This document shows positions 48,515 to 60,112 of a DNA stretch of 64,000 bases, piece by piece. This DNA is from an uncultured Bacteroidales bacterium (lineage in GTDB: Bacteria > Bacteroidota > Bacteroidia > Bacteroidales > CAYVNP01). The stretch covers positions 785-64,784 of the forward strand of contig CAYVNP010000015.1 of assembly GCA_964452905.1 (NCBI GenBank), read 5' to 3'. The first letter of the stretch is position 1, and each line of letters begins with the position of its first letter. Below the pieces are notes generated by a model. The model ran no database searches. It was not told the DNA's origin and worked only from the letters and a program-made list of their open reading frames with translations. The position numbers and the translations under genes are program-made.

Positions 48515-49375
48515 TTATTGAACAGATAAAATTTCCACATTCAATATCAGCCCTCCTTGAGGAACCGTTGCACCATTTGGCATTTGAGCCATTTTAGGTT
48601 CCATCAAAATAGTCGCCTTACCACCTACTTTCATTTTTTCAATAACGGGATCAATATCTGTTAACTGATGTTGTTGACCAACCTGAAATTCATAAGGTTT
48701 ACCACTTTGAGCAGTAGAATAAAGCATCTGACCTGTAGGATCATTCACAATCAGATTCATACTGACTTTTTTCCCTTTTTCTATTTTAGCGCCTTTACCT
48801 GGTGCAGTTTCAATAAAATAAACTCCGTTCACATTCGGTGTAGTTATTTTATTATCTGTTAAATATTTTTGAAATTCAGACTTTGATGTTTCAAATTGTT
48901 TGTCCATCATTTCATTTCGTTCTGCTTCAAGTTGTGCTTTGGTTTGAACTTTCTTTAACTTAACAGTAATGGTAACATCGCTGCCTTTCTTGATTTTCTT
49001 GGGTAAAGAAGGCATACGGAATGTTTTTAATATTAAGGAATCAGCATTGATCTTAAAAGATGCGCTATCACCTTCATTCAGCATAGCAAAGCACTCATTA
49101 ATATCCCCTTTGTAATCAGATTTTGAAAGAGGAATCATCATATCTCGTGATGACTTTTTGGAGTCAATTAATACCGTATCTGCAGTTTTGATTAGCAATG
49201 ACATTGTTAAAACATCTTCCATTTTGGGTTTTTTCCCTTTTTCATTTTTTACATGAAATTTATAATAAATACCCGTTTTGGATTTCTTAAATCCGGGATA
49301 TTTTGAGGTGCATGAAACTGCAATAAATGCAATACCAACAAGTAACAATAAAAAATTCGAAATTCTTCTTTTCAT
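48515..49375 (-). CDS. FKBP-type peptidyl-prolyl isomerase lipoprotein (two degenerate FKBP domains)
   Basis: Lipobox AVS/C; KSKTGIYY, MLNEGDSASF, KMKVGGKATI; DHH-FKBP-FKBP cluster. Confidence 0.8.
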   Translation of the reverse strand: MKRRISNFLLLLVGIAFIAVSCTSKYPGFKKSKTGIYYKFHVKNEKGKKPKMEDVLTMSLLIKTADTVLIDSKKSSRDMMIPLSKSDYKGDINECFAMLNEGDSASFKINADSLILKTFRMPSLPKKIKKGSDVTITVKLKKVQTKAQLEAERNEMMDKQFETSKSEFQKYLTDNKITTPNVNGVYFIETAPGKGAKIEKGKKVSMNLIVNDPTGQMLYSTAQSGKPYEFQVGQQHQLTDIDPVIEKMKVGGKATILMEPKMAQMPNGATVPQGGLILNVEILSVQ

Positions 49376-49379
49376 GATT

Positions 49380-49904
49380 TTAATTTTTAATTTTTTTTAA
49401 TTCAATTAGTTCAAGATCATAGATCAACGTAGCACGTTTTGGAATTTTATTCTGGTCACCGATTAATCCAAAACCAAGGTGCGAAGGTAAAATTATTTTT
49501 GCTTTGTCGCCCACTTTTAGAAATAAAATTGCTTCTTCAAGTCCGCTTTCAACGTTTCCTTTTCCGATCAAAAACTCTTTTTCAAGCGAATAACAAGGGT
49601 TTCCGTTAATCAATTGATTGGAGTATTTTATTTTAGCAATTAAACCTGTTTCTGCTTTTTGCCCACTTCCGGCTTGATAGATCATATATCTCAGTCCACT
49701 TCCTGTTTTTTTCATTGACCACTGATAACGGTGAATGAGAGATTCTATTTCATCTTCTTCATTTTTAATTAATTTTTTATTTGCATTCAGCAAGGGCTCT
49801 TTATATCTGGATGCCGGCAGATTGTTTTGAGCGGGTTGGGAATGTTCTTTGCAACTAAACAATAGGATCGAACAAACAAATAACATTATTTTCATGAGTT
49901 CCAC
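49380..49904 (-). CDS. FKBP-type peptidyl-prolyl isomerase lipoprotein (GldI-like)
   Basis: Lipobox LFS/C; TGSGLRY, GLEEAILFLKVGDKAKIILPSHLGFG, IPKRATLIYDLEL. Confidence 0.85.
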   Translation of the reverse strand: MELMKIMLFVCSILLFSCKEHSQPAQNNLPASRYKEPLLNANKKLIKNEEDEIESLIHRYQWSMKKTGSGLRYMIYQAGSGQKAETGLIAKIKYSNQLINGNPCYSLEKEFLIGKGNVESGLEEAILFLKVGDKAKIILPSHLGFGLIGDQNKIPKRATLIYDLELIELKKIKN

Positions 49905-49908
49905 TAAT

Positions 49909-50931
49909 TCAGATAAGTTGTTCGTTCAATTCATTTTGATAATTATGTAAAGCCGACTTAAATTTAGTAATGGTTTCATCAAGAGAAGCTTCCCAGTTAG
50001 ATCCGGAAGCATTCATATGTCCACCGCCATTAAAATGTTTTCGGGCAAATTCATCCGTTGAAAAACTACCTTTTGATCGAAAAGATATTTTGGTGTAATT
50101 TTCACGTTCCATAAATATGGCGGAAAATTTAATTTCTTTAATAGAAAGAGGATAGTTTACAATCCCTTCTGTATCACCGGTTCGGAAATTATATTTGTTC
50201 ATCTCCTCCTTAGTTAATCGGATATAAGCAGTATTGAATTCTGGTAAAATGAATAGGCCATCACTTAAACAAAACCCAAGCAAACGTAGGCGATCAGAAG
50301 TAAATGTAGAATATACCTGATTATGTATATAAAGACAATCAATATTCGTTTGAACCAATTTTGAAACTGTAAAATATGTTTCGGCTTGATTTACAGAATA
50401 ACTGAAACACCCTGTATCTGTCATTATTCCAACATAAAGACACGTTGCAATTTCTTTATTGATAAGATTTTCAAAGGCACACTGTTTAAAAAAACCGTAT
50501 AACAATTCGGATGTAGAAGAAATGCCAATAACTGAAAATATATAATTGCAAAAATGTCCCGGATGTAAATGATGATCCATTAAAATTTTAATTGCCTTTG
50601 AATCTTTTAGAATTGAAGAAAGCCCGGCTACGCGATTGATGGAATTGAAATCAAGACAAAAAATAATATCAGCTTGTTTGAACAAATCAGCTGATAGAGT
50701 TGGCTGCAATGAATTTACAATCACTGTTTCGACATATGGCATCCATTTAAGAAAGTCAGGCATTTCATCAGGAATAATCACTGAAACCTGATGTTTTAAT
50801 AGTTTCAGCATTCCAAATAACGCTAGTGACGATCCGATCGCATCACCGTCGGGATTAGTATGTGTGGTGATAACAATCTTTTTTGTTTCACTCAGCAATT
50901 GTTTTACGTCTGTAATATCCTTGTTATTCAT
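49909..50931 (-). CDS. nrnA: DHH family phosphoesterase (NrnA-like oligoribonuclease/pAp phosphatase)
   Basis: HTNPDGDAIGS, MDHH, TDTG, SFRS, GGGHMNASG. Confidence 0.9.
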   Translation of the reverse strand: MNNKDITDVKQLLSETKKIVITTHTNPDGDAIGSSLALFGMLKLLKHQVSVIIPDEMPDFLKWMPYVETVIVNSLQPTLSADLFKQADIIFCLDFNSINRVAGLSSILKDSKAIKILMDHHLHPGHFCNYIFSVIGISSTSELLYGFFKQCAFENLINKEIATCLYVGIMTDTGCFSYSVNQAETYFTVSKLVQTNIDCLYIHNQVYSTFTSDRLRLLGFCLSDGLFILPEFNTAYIRLTKEEMNKYNFRTGDTEGIVNYPLSIKEIKFSAIFMERENYTKISFRSKGSFSTDEFARKHFNGGGHMNASGSNWEASLDETITKFKSALHNYQNELNEQLI

Positions 50932-51013
50932 TTTTTCAGTTCTGCAAAAATAGGAATAATATTTATCCTTCGAAATTTTTATGAAACTTCAACTAATCTA
51001 TTTGTAAAATAGT

Positions 51014-51021
51014 TAACTTTG
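51014..51021 (+). promoter_or_regulatory. -7 promoter box for ndk (a divergent box for nrnA lies at 50945-50952 on minus)
   Basis: TAACTTTG on plus; TATTTTTG on minus. Confidence 0.5.
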
Positions 51022-51049
51022 TTTCATAGTTGAAAAAATCAATCTGTTT

Positions 51050-51499
51050 ATGGTATTACATTATTCTGAATCAAATCAATCAGCTAATAATTTTACGTTT
51101 GCTATCATTAAACCGAGAGCTGTGCAAAAAGGATTTATTGTTTCCATTCTTAAAACAATCAATGAATCAGGATTTAGAATATCGGCCATGAAACTTACTC
51201 AAATGACGTTGGCGCAAGCTAAAAATTTTTATGCGATTCATCATTCAAAAGATTTTTTTAATGACCTTGTTAATTTTATGGCATCAGGACCAATACTGGT
51301 ATTGATTTTAGAAAAGGAAGATGCTGTGCAGGAGTTCAGAAAGTTGATAGGCAGCACTGATCCGGGCAGAGCAGAGTCAGGCACTATTCGAAATCTTTTT
51401 GCCGAATCCATCGAAGCCAATGCCATTCATGGTTCTGATAGTGATGAAAATGCTCAAAAAGAAGCTGCATTTTTCTTTTCGCAATGTGAGCGATATTAA
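51050..51499 (+). CDS. ndk: Nucleoside diphosphate kinase
   Basis: TFAIIKP, FMASGP, GTIR and catalytic NAIHGSDS. Confidence 0.95.
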   Translation: MVLHYSESNQSANNFTFAIIKPRAVQKGFIVSILKTINESGFRISAMKLTQMTLAQAKNFYAIHHSKDFFNDLVNFMASGPILVLILEKEDAVQEFRKLIGSTDPGRAESGTIRNLFAESIEANAIHGSDSDENAQKEAAFFFSQCERY

Positions 51500-51501
51500 A
51501 A

Positions 51502-51845
51502 TTATCTGACCAAATTGATCACCCCCCGTTTGGTTGTATTTTGTTCATCGGTAGTTGTTGCAATAAGTATCCACACATAGTTCCCTTCAGGTTGTTCAAC
51601 TCCTTTGTGTTTCCCATCCCAGCCATCCGTTTGCTTCTCTGACTTGAACACCAGAAATCCCCACTGATTGTAAACTTCCAGATTCATCGTTTTTACAGGT
51701 CCTCGCACATAGAATTGATCATTCTTGCCATCATTGTTTGGTGTGAATACGTCAGGCAACCATAGGGTTAATCGCCTTTTACGTATATTTCCATGGAATC
51801 TTTTGCCTTGCAATTACCCCCTGATATAGCAGTCAGTACGATCAT
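51502..51845 (-). pseudogene. Remnant of a T9SS type B (gliding-motility-associated CTD) protein with a frameshift
   Basis: LWLPDVFTPNNDGKNDQF...VYNQWG...GWDG...PEGNYVW...GVINLVR. The upstream segment VLTAISGGNCKAKDSMEIYVKGD is in another frame and is rejoined by adding one T near 51770. No signal peptide. Confidence 0.7.
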
Positions 51846-52849
51846 GAAGACTCCCTGATGATCAGTCGCATTTTAAGAACTTTCACAATAGGTTTAGCAG
51901 GAATCACTTTGGTCTTGATCATATCTATTAACATAGTGGCTGATTGGACTCCTATCTCATAAGCTGGCTGATCAAGTGTAGTTAAAGAAGGACTGATCAA
52001 ATGTGAATAAAGTATATTTGAAAAACCGGTCACAGCCATATCCTCCGGTATTCTTAATTTCAAAGTATGCATTCGATTATAAACGCCAATTGCAATTGGA
52101 TCCGTTGCACAAACAATCGCATCGGGATGCACTCTTTGATTCAGCAATCTTCCACAGGCAATCATACCTGCTTCTTCATTTAACCCAGTGTTAATGATCC
52201 ACTCTTTCCTCACAGGTAGCTTATATTTTTTCAATGCAGCCATATATCCTTCCAGACGATATTTACAAATGGATAAATGTTCGTTGCCTGTTATATGTGC
52301 AATTTTTTTATACCCTTTTTTTATTAAATATTCTGTCACTTTAAATGCTCCCTCAAAATCATCTACGAGTACTTTACATGATTTTAATTGTGGAACATCT
52401 CTATCGAAAATAACCAAAGGTATTTTTCTTTTTTGCACATCTTTGAGATGGGAAACATTATTTGTATTTTGAGAAACAGAGATCAACATGCCAGCAATAC
52501 GGTGGGAAAGCATGGATTTCACATTCAATACTTCACGTTCAAAATCCTCATTGGACTGAAACACCATTACCGTAAAACCTGCATCGTATGCCACATGTTC
52601 AATACCACTGATCACCTGCGAAAAAAAATAATACTGAATACTGGGTACGATTACACCAATTGTTGATGATTGATTTGTTTTTAAATTTTGAGCAATCGAA
52701 TTCGGGTGATACTTCATCCCTTTGGCCAACTTTTTAACAATTAATTTGGTTTTATTACTGATGCCTGGATGGTCTCTTAAAGCTCGGGATACAGTTGAAG
52801 GAGAAATATTTAATTTTTTGGCAATATCAATAATCGTAACCTGTGTCAT
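51842..52849 (-). CDS. LacI family transcriptional regulator
   Basis: VTIIDIAKKLNISPSTVSRAL HTH; IPEDMAVTGFSN, LTTLDQP. Confidence 0.95.
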   Translation of the reverse strand: MTQVTIIDIAKKLNISPSTVSRALRDHPGISNKTKLIVKKLAKGMKYHPNSIAQNLKTNQSSTIGVIVPSIQYYFFSQVISGIEHVAYDAGFTVMVFQSNEDFEREVLNVKSMLSHRIAGMLISVSQNTNNVSHLKDVQKRKIPLVIFDRDVPQLKSCKVLVDDFEGAFKVTEYLIKKGYKKIAHITGNEHLSICKYRLEGYMAALKKYKLPVRKEWIINTGLNEEAGMIACGRLLNQRVHPDAIVCATDPIAIGVYNRMHTLKLRIPEDMAVTGFSNILYSHLISPSLTTLDQPAYEIGVQSATMLIDMIKTKVIPAKPIVKVLKMRLIIRESS

Positions 52850-52863
52850 CTTTGTATATAGAA

Positions 52864-53724
52864 TTACAACATCTTTAAAAAACTGATTTCTTTGGGTGAT
52901 AAAATACGCCAGTGCCCTCGTGGAAGATCTTTTTTAGTCAGTCCTGCAAAACACATCCTGTCCAGTTTGACTACTTTATAATTTAATTTTTCAAATATTC
53001 GTCGTACAATTCTGTTTCTGCCTGAATGTAATTCAATACCAATTCCTTTTTTATCTAAACTCGAATATGCAATTTCATCAACCTGAATAAATCCATCATC
53101 CAATTCAATCCCTTGTGAAATCTTTAATAAATCAGGTTTGGCTAATGGGCGATCAAGCATAACATCATATACCTTATTTATCTTATGTTTTGGATGAGTC
53201 AGCTTTTTAGCAAGCTCACCGTCATTGGTAAACAATAAAATTCCTGTTGTATTGCGATCCAATCGACCAACGGGATAAATCCTTTCTTTACAGGCATTCT
53301 TAACCAGTTCCATGACTGTTCGTCGTCCCTGAGGATCCTCAACTGTTGTTATAAAATCTTTTGGTTTATTTAATAAAACATAAACCATCTTTTCTCCTTT
53401 TAATTTCTTTCCTTTAAACTCAACCACATCCTTGGGATTTATTTTGGTACCAAGCTCTGTCACCACTTTACCGTTTACCATGATCTCTCCTTGTTCAATC
53501 AGTTTATCTGCTTCGCGACGGGAACAAACACCTGCCGTAGCTACATAACGATTCAATCGGATCTGTTGATTAAAAGTGGAAGTCTGTTCCTGCTGTTTAA
53601 CAACAGGTTTAATAAATTTTAATTTATTTTTCGGTTCGGCAAACTTCTTTTTTTTAAATGATGCAAATGGGTCTGATTTTTTTCCGATTCCCGTAGGTAT
53701 ATCTTTTTTGAAATTTTTTTTCAC
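52864..53724 (-). CDS. 23S rRNA pseudouridine synthase (RsuA family, RluB/RluF-like) with S4 domain
   Basis: RLNRYVA..CSRREAD, LNKPKD, PVGRLDRNTTG, GRNRIVRR. Confidence 0.93.
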   Translation of the reverse strand: MKKNFKKDIPTGIGKKSDPFASFKKKKFAEPKNKLKFIKPVVKQQEQTSTFNQQIRLNRYVATAGVCSRREADKLIEQGEIMVNGKVVTELGTKINPKDVVEFKGKKLKGEKMVYVLLNKPKDFITTVEDPQGRRTVMELVKNACKERIYPVGRLDRNTTGILLFTNDGELAKKLTHPKHKINKVYDVMLDRPLAKPDLLKISQGIELDDGFIQVDEIAYSSLDKKGIGIELHSGRNRIVRRIFEKLNYKVVKLDRMCFAGLTKKDLPRGHWRILSPKEISFLKML

Positions 53725-53817
53725 AATTCAAAACTTCTTTAAATAAAATTTATCAGGTAAATATAAAAAAGAAAATTACAACTCGGGTTAAACGAGTAGA
53801 AATAAAAAACAAAAATA

Positions 53818-55737
53818 TTATTTACGCGTCTTGTAACCTCGCTGTTTAGCCAAATCTTCAAGACGCTTCTGAAATCCTGATTTCTTAACAGCCGCAGGTT
53901 TCAATTTATTTTCCTGAATTTGTTTGTGTAATTTATCTTCATTGATCAGTTTTCGGAAGGCATACATTTGAGCAAAGGTGATCACATTTGCAAGAAAATA
54001 ATAATAACTTAATCCGCAAGCATAATTGTTAAATATTCCGAGAAACATAACTGACATGATATAAGGCAATGCTTTCATGCCTGGCATTTGATCATTGGTT
54101 GGCATGGATTGCTCATTCAGTTTGGTATAAATGATAGTTGAAATTGTCATCAATAAAGTAAACAGACTGATATGTGCTCCATATCCCGGAATCTTAAAAG
54201 GAAGGTTGTAAATGGAATCATAGGAAGACAAATCGGTTGCCCAAAGAAAACTTTGCTGACGAAGTTCAAAAGAAGCAGGAAAAAAACGGAATAACGCAAT
54301 CAGGATTGGAAGTTGCAGCAACATTGGCACACATCCTGATAAAGGATTGACTCCTGCTTTTTTATACAATGCCATCAATGCCTGTTGCTTTTTCATAGCC
54401 TCATCTTTCTTAGGAAATTTCTTATTGATCTCTTCGACTTCCGGCTTAAGAATTCTCATTTTTGCAGAAGAAATATATGTTTTATACGCTATCGGAAATA
54501 AAACTATTTTCAATAATATGGTTAATATGAGTATTATGATCCCATAATTCAAATTAAATCCTTCCAGAAAATTAAACACGGGAATAACTGCGAGACGATT
54601 GATCCAATGGAGTAAAAATCCCCAACCTAAAGGAATCTGACGCTCCAGATTAAGATTTAGTTTTTTTAGTTCTTTAAATTTATTTGGACCAAAATAAAAT
54701 TTATACGGTATACTTTGATAAGCAGAAACTGTAAAAGGCATATCAATTTTCGCATTCATTGTTTTCAGTAAATGCGTAGATTCCTTTTCAATTCTGGCTT
54801 CCATGTCTGCATTTAAAAAACTGTTTCCTGCAATCAATACAGAAGTAAAAAACTGTTGTTTGAATGAAATCCACTTGATGGACGAATTAACTTTACTTTT
54901 ATCATCTTTAGTTTCAGATAAGTTATCAACTTCATCTATCAATGGCTTATAAAAAATGGTAGATACATTTTTTTCATTATCGATCCCTTTTTCCTGTCTG
55001 TTCAATGTATATTGCCAGTCAAGATTGATATAGTTCATGGTAGGTGAGACAATATCCTGCATGCCGACAAAATCGATTTTACTATTAACGACATAACTAT
55101 TCCCTGAAATCGTATATACTTGTTCTATATATTTATTTCCGTTTGCATGATCAGGGGTAAGTCTCATGGCAAAAGTTATTGAATCTTTTCCTTTAATAAC
55201 TATCGAATCTTTATCCTTCCAGGCATCGTTCTTCCAAATAGGTTGGAAATACAATTCATCAGTTGAAATATTGCGATTGTTTGCTATGAATGTAAAATTA
55301 AATTTTGATGTTTTCTCGTTGAAAAGCATTAAGGGCAGCGAATCAAAAGTCTGATACTTTTTAAGTTGAACGGAATAGATTCTGCCTCCTTTAGACGAAA
55401 TCTTTATTTTTAAAAGTTCATTTTCTAGAATATAGAATTTATTCTCCCCTTTAGCCGAAGAAGCAAAAACAGAATATGTTTCTTTCAAATGTTGATTATT
55501 CAATGTGTCGTTTTTGATTGTATCAACAGAAGCCACTTCAGTATTAGTTTTAACTGTATTGATTGTTTTGACAGAACTGATTTTGGCAATAGAATCATTT
55601 TTAAATTGTATCTGCATCAATGAATCTTGATGGTGTTTACGGGCAGCAATTTCTTTTTCTGTCGGCTTGGTAAAAAAAGCCCAACCTATCATAATCACAA
55701 CGATTGCGATAATTCCATATATAGTATTTCTATCCAT
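53818..55737 (-). CDS. yidC: Membrane protein insertase YidC
   Basis: NYGIIILILT, SSAKMRILKPE, KAGVNPLSGCVP, FLWATDLS. Confidence 0.96.
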   Translation of the reverse strand: MDRNTIYGIIAIVVIMIGWAFFTKPTEKEIAARKHHQDSLMQIQFKNDSIAKISSVKTINTVKTNTEVASVDTIKNDTLNNQHLKETYSVFASSAKGENKFYILENELLKIKISSKGGRIYSVQLKKYQTFDSLPLMLFNEKTSKFNFTFIANNRNISTDELYFQPIWKNDAWKDKDSIVIKGKDSITFAMRLTPDHANGNKYIEQVYTISGNSYVVNSKIDFVGMQDIVSPTMNYINLDWQYTLNRQEKGIDNEKNVSTIFYKPLIDEVDNLSETKDDKSKVNSSIKWISFKQQFFTSVLIAGNSFLNADMEARIEKESTHLLKTMNAKIDMPFTVSAYQSIPYKFYFGPNKFKELKKLNLNLERQIPLGWGFLLHWINRLAVIPVFNFLEGFNLNYGIIILILTILLKIVLFPIAYKTYISSAKMRILKPEVEEINKKFPKKDEAMKKQQALMALYKKAGVNPLSGCVPMLLQLPILIALFRFFPASFELRQQSFLWATDLSSYDSIYNLPFKIPGYGAHISLFTLLMTISTIIYTKLNEQSMPTNDQMPGMKALPYIMSVMFLGIFNNYACGLSYYYFLANVITFAQMYAFRKLINEDKLHKQIQENKLKPAAVKKSGFQKRLEDLAKQRGYKTRK

Positions 55738-55769
55738 TTATCAAAGAATTTTTATATTATTCAGGGGGG

Positions 55770-55777
55770 CAAAGATA
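55770..55777 (-). promoter_or_regulatory. -7 promoter box for yidC
   Basis: TATCTTTG(C) on the minus strand. Confidence 0.55.
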
Positions 55778-55968
55778 ATTGAAATCAATGAATCGAAAAA
55801 ACTTATCTAAAACAAATAATCTTGTAATCAACTTTTTACTATTATCTTCTATTGAAATAAATTATTAATTTTTGAGTATAGTTGAAAACTTTTTTAATAT
55901 CATTCATTTCATTTCATATTTCCCTGAAATATTTTTTTAATTTTACACCCCAATTAATTTTTTTTATA

Positions 55969-56871
55969 TTGAAAAAATTTATATTCTTTCTAATAACAGG
56001 ACTTGTCTATCTGCAAACTCTTTCTGCAAAAGTCAAAGAGGATACACTATTATTTGTCTTAAAATTCAATCCTTCATTTTATATTAAATCAGAATTGACT
56101 ATTTATCGTTCCGAAACTACTTATCTATGCAATTTCAAAATATTTGATTTGAATAAAGATACGGTCTGTCATTCGGAAAAAACAGTTGCTATAAGCGATT
56201 CAATCATGCATCAACTTTATTTTCATTTTAGGGATTGCTACATTCCGGCTAATACTAATCAGGATGTACAATTTGTTGACAATGGAGATACGTTCAGTTA
56301 TAAAATGAAAGAGTATGAAGGAGTTACGGTGTATGGTAAACTATTAAAGAATCATCAGAAAATAAAATATATTTTTCGTTCACCCGAAAAAGGGACAGAA
56401 GATTATTTTTTCTCTGAAATGATTTTTGGTTTTCTGAATTCATCGTTTATTCATGAATCAGAAATAACCCAATATATTGAAACTCTTGAAAGTTATTTTG
56501 AATTTGGTCTTGGATTAAAACAATTATCCAACAAACCTTTAAAGTATAAGCTCTATGGGAATATTACCACGAAAAACGAAAAGGATCTTATTCGTTTTTT
56601 GGAATCCCTCCCAACAAATATAAAAGTAAATTTAGACCTTTCAAATCTCTTTAGTATTGACCAGTCATTATTGTCATTATTAAAAAAATACATTTATCAA
56701 AATCCAAATATATATTTTGAAAACCCTAATCACCGTGCTCTTGTTGAATTAAACAGAATGGGTGTTAGGGAAGAGAATATTATCAGCAAACAAAAACTTA
56801 TTCGTGTGATCGAAGAAAATGGTCATCCAAGTTATAAATTTGTTGACCGTCAGGAAAAATCATCATTGTAA
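55969..56871 (+). CDS. Hypothetical exported protein with C-terminal STAS-like domain
   Basis: Likely start TTG at 55969 gives signal peptide MKKFIFFLITGLVYLQTLSA; C-terminal KLYGNIT...VNLDLSNLFSIDQSLL...IYFENPN...LNRMG. Confidence 0.65.
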   Translation: MKKFIFFLITGLVYLQTLSAKVKEDTLLFVLKFNPSFYIKSELTIYRSETTYLCNFKIFDLNKDTVCHSEKTVAISDSIMHQLYFHFRDCYIPANTNQDVQFVDNGDTFSYKMKEYEGVTVYGKLLKNHQKIKYIFRSPEKGTEDYFFSEMIFGFLNSSFIHESEITQYIETLESYFEFGLGLKQLSNKPLKYKLYGNITTKNEKDLIRFLESLPTNIKVNLDLSNLFSIDQSLLSLLKKYIYQNPNIYFENPNHRALVELNRMGVREENIISKQKLIRVIEENGHPSYKFVDRQEKSSL

Positions 56872-57156
56872 ACTATCTCCTTCTACCCTTTGCCTTTTCA
56901 CTTAATTGCCGGTTAAATTTTCCTTTATTTATAAATTCTTTCAGGCATTTAGTTAATGATAAAAACAATCATTTAACTGCATTCTAAAAAAATATTCATA
57001 TAGATAGAGAATGCACTTCTAAAGCATGAACGAAAAATCTTCAATTTCAACAAACAACACCTTAACTTAAACAATTTTTACAGTTCGTCAGTAGCTTAGT
57101 AGTACTTTGCTATACCATACTTTGAACTATTACAATTACTGTAGGTCAATCGGAAT

Positions 57157-57190
57157 AAAAAAAGACCTCGGCTTTTGCAGAGGTCTTTTT
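57157..57190. terminator. Bidirectional rho-independent terminator after eno
   Basis: AAAAAAAGACCTC-GGCTTTTGCA-GAGGTCTTTTT. Confidence 0.85.
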
Positions 57191-57212
57191 AAATAAAGAA
57201 AAAATATATTTG

Positions 57213-58544
<1,332 letters not shown>

Positions 58545-58557
58545 TTATAATTGTTTA

Positions 58558-59073
58558 TTATTCTTTTGTTTCAACTTGTGCTTCATCTGTAGCAGGTTGA
58601 GCAGTTTCTTCCGCTTTAGTTTCAACTACATTTTCTTTTACTGTTGTCGTTTTCTTCCTGCTTCTGCGTGTTGCCGTTTTTTCTTTCTTAGCTTCATTGC
58701 CTTTCAACAGGTTTTCATTGTAATCCACCAGTTCAATGATACACATATCAGCGCTGTCACCCAGACGTAAGCCTGTTTTCAGGATACGTGTGTACCCGCC
58801 AGGACGTGAAGCAATCTTTAAGGAAATTTCTTTAAAGAGCTCCGTTACCGCTTGTTTGTTCTGTAAATAAGAAAAAACAACTCTGCGAGAGTGTGTTGTA
58901 TCTTCTTTTGATTTGGTGATTAATGGTTCTACATAGGTGCGTAAAGCTTTTGCTTTAGCAAGTGTAGTAGATATTTTTTTATGGAGAATAAGCGAAGCAG
59001 CCATGTTGGATAACATTGCACTGCGGTGGTCGCTTGTTCTGCCGAGATGATTAAATGTTCTTCTGTGCCTCAT
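58558..59073 (-). CDS. rplQ: 50S ribosomal protein L17 (with C-terminal extension)
   Basis: [28 protein letters not shown]. Confidence 0.98.
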   Translation of the reverse strand: MRHRRTFNHLGRTSDHRSAMLSNMAASLILHKKISTTLAKAKALRTYVEPLITKSKEDTTHSRRVVFSYLQNKQAVTELFKEISLKIASRPGGYTRILKTGLRLGDSADMCIIELVDYNENLLKGNEAKKEKTATRRSRKKTTTVKENVVETKAEETAQPATDEAQVETKE

Positions 59074-59078
59074 TTCAG

Positions 59079-60071
59079 TTATTCCTTATCAAGTTTATAT
59101 TTCGATACATTCATACCAAATGTAAGACCTTTGTTTGCCACAAGGTTTTCCAGTTCGGTCAATGATTTTTTTCCAAAGTTCCTGAATTTTAATAGGTCAT
59201 GTTTATTGAAAGCCACCAGATCGCCCAGTGTTTCCACTTCTGCTGCTTTCAGGCAGTTCAAAGCTCTGACAGACAGGTCAAGGTCAACCAGCTTGGCTTT
59301 GAGAAGCTGACGCATGTGGAGAGAGTTTTCATCAAACTCTTCAGCTGCGCTCTTTTCTTCAATATCCAGTGTTATCTTTTCATCTGAGAAAAGCATGAAA
59401 TGATGGATCAATATCTTGGCTGCTTCTTTCAAAGCATCTTTCGGATGAATAGACCCATTGGTTTCAATCTCAAAGATTAATTTTTCATAGTCGGTTTTTT
59501 GTTCAACGCGGAAATTCTCAACAGTGAATTTCACATTTCTTACAGGAGTAAAAATAGCATCCATGGCAATGGTACCAAAAGGAGCATCTGTCATTTTGTT
59601 ATCTTCACCAAGAATATATCCTCTGCCTTTATCAATGCTTACTTCCATAGAAAGTTTCACGGAAGGTTCCAGATGACAGATAACCATATCAGGATTCAAT
59701 ACCTGAAATCCGGATAAATATTTATTGATATCCCCTGCTTTGAATACAGTCTGATCATGAATAGTTACTAAAACTTTTTCACTACTGACGGTATCAATTT
59801 GTTTTTTGAGACAAACCTGTTTAAGGTTTAAAACAATTTCGGTAACATCTTCAACCACGCCTTTGACGGTTGAAAACTCATGCTCTACTCCGCCGATTTT
59901 GATCGATGTGATCGCATATCCCTCCAATGAAGAAAGAAGAATTCTTCTGAGTGCATTACCGATGGTGGTACCATAACCCGGTTCTAACGGACTGAATTCG
60001 AAAGTACCTTTGATATCATTCGATTCAACCATTACAACTTTGTCCGGTTTTACAAAATTCAATATTGCCAT
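59079..60071 (-). CDS. rpoA: RNA polymerase alpha subunit
   Basis: [39 protein letters not shown]. Confidence 0.99.
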   Translation of the reverse strand: MAILNFVKPDKVVMVESNDIKGTFEFSPLEPGYGTTIGNALRRILLSSLEGYAITSIKIGGVEHEFSTVKGVVEDVTEIVLNLKQVCLKKQIDTVSSEKVLVTIHDQTVFKAGDINKYLSGFQVLNPDMVICHLEPSVKLSMEVSIDKGRGYILGEDNKMTDAPFGTIAMDAIFTPVRNVKFTVENFRVEQKTDYEKLIFEIETNGSIHPKDALKEAAKILIHHFMLFSDEKITLDIEEKSAAEEFDENSLHMRQLLKAKLVDLDLSVRALNCLKAAEVETLGDLVAFNKHDLLKFRNFGKKSLTELENLVANKGLTFGMNVSKYKLDKE

Positions 60072-60112
60072 TTATGTGTCTTTTTAATTATTGATTAATT
60101 CAGTAAATATGA

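Noticed and set aside
51770-51813. ORF-track N-terminus MQGKRFHGNIRKRR for 51502..51813
   Set aside because: Out-of-frame reading upstream of the frameshift; the other frame gives the family-like sequence.
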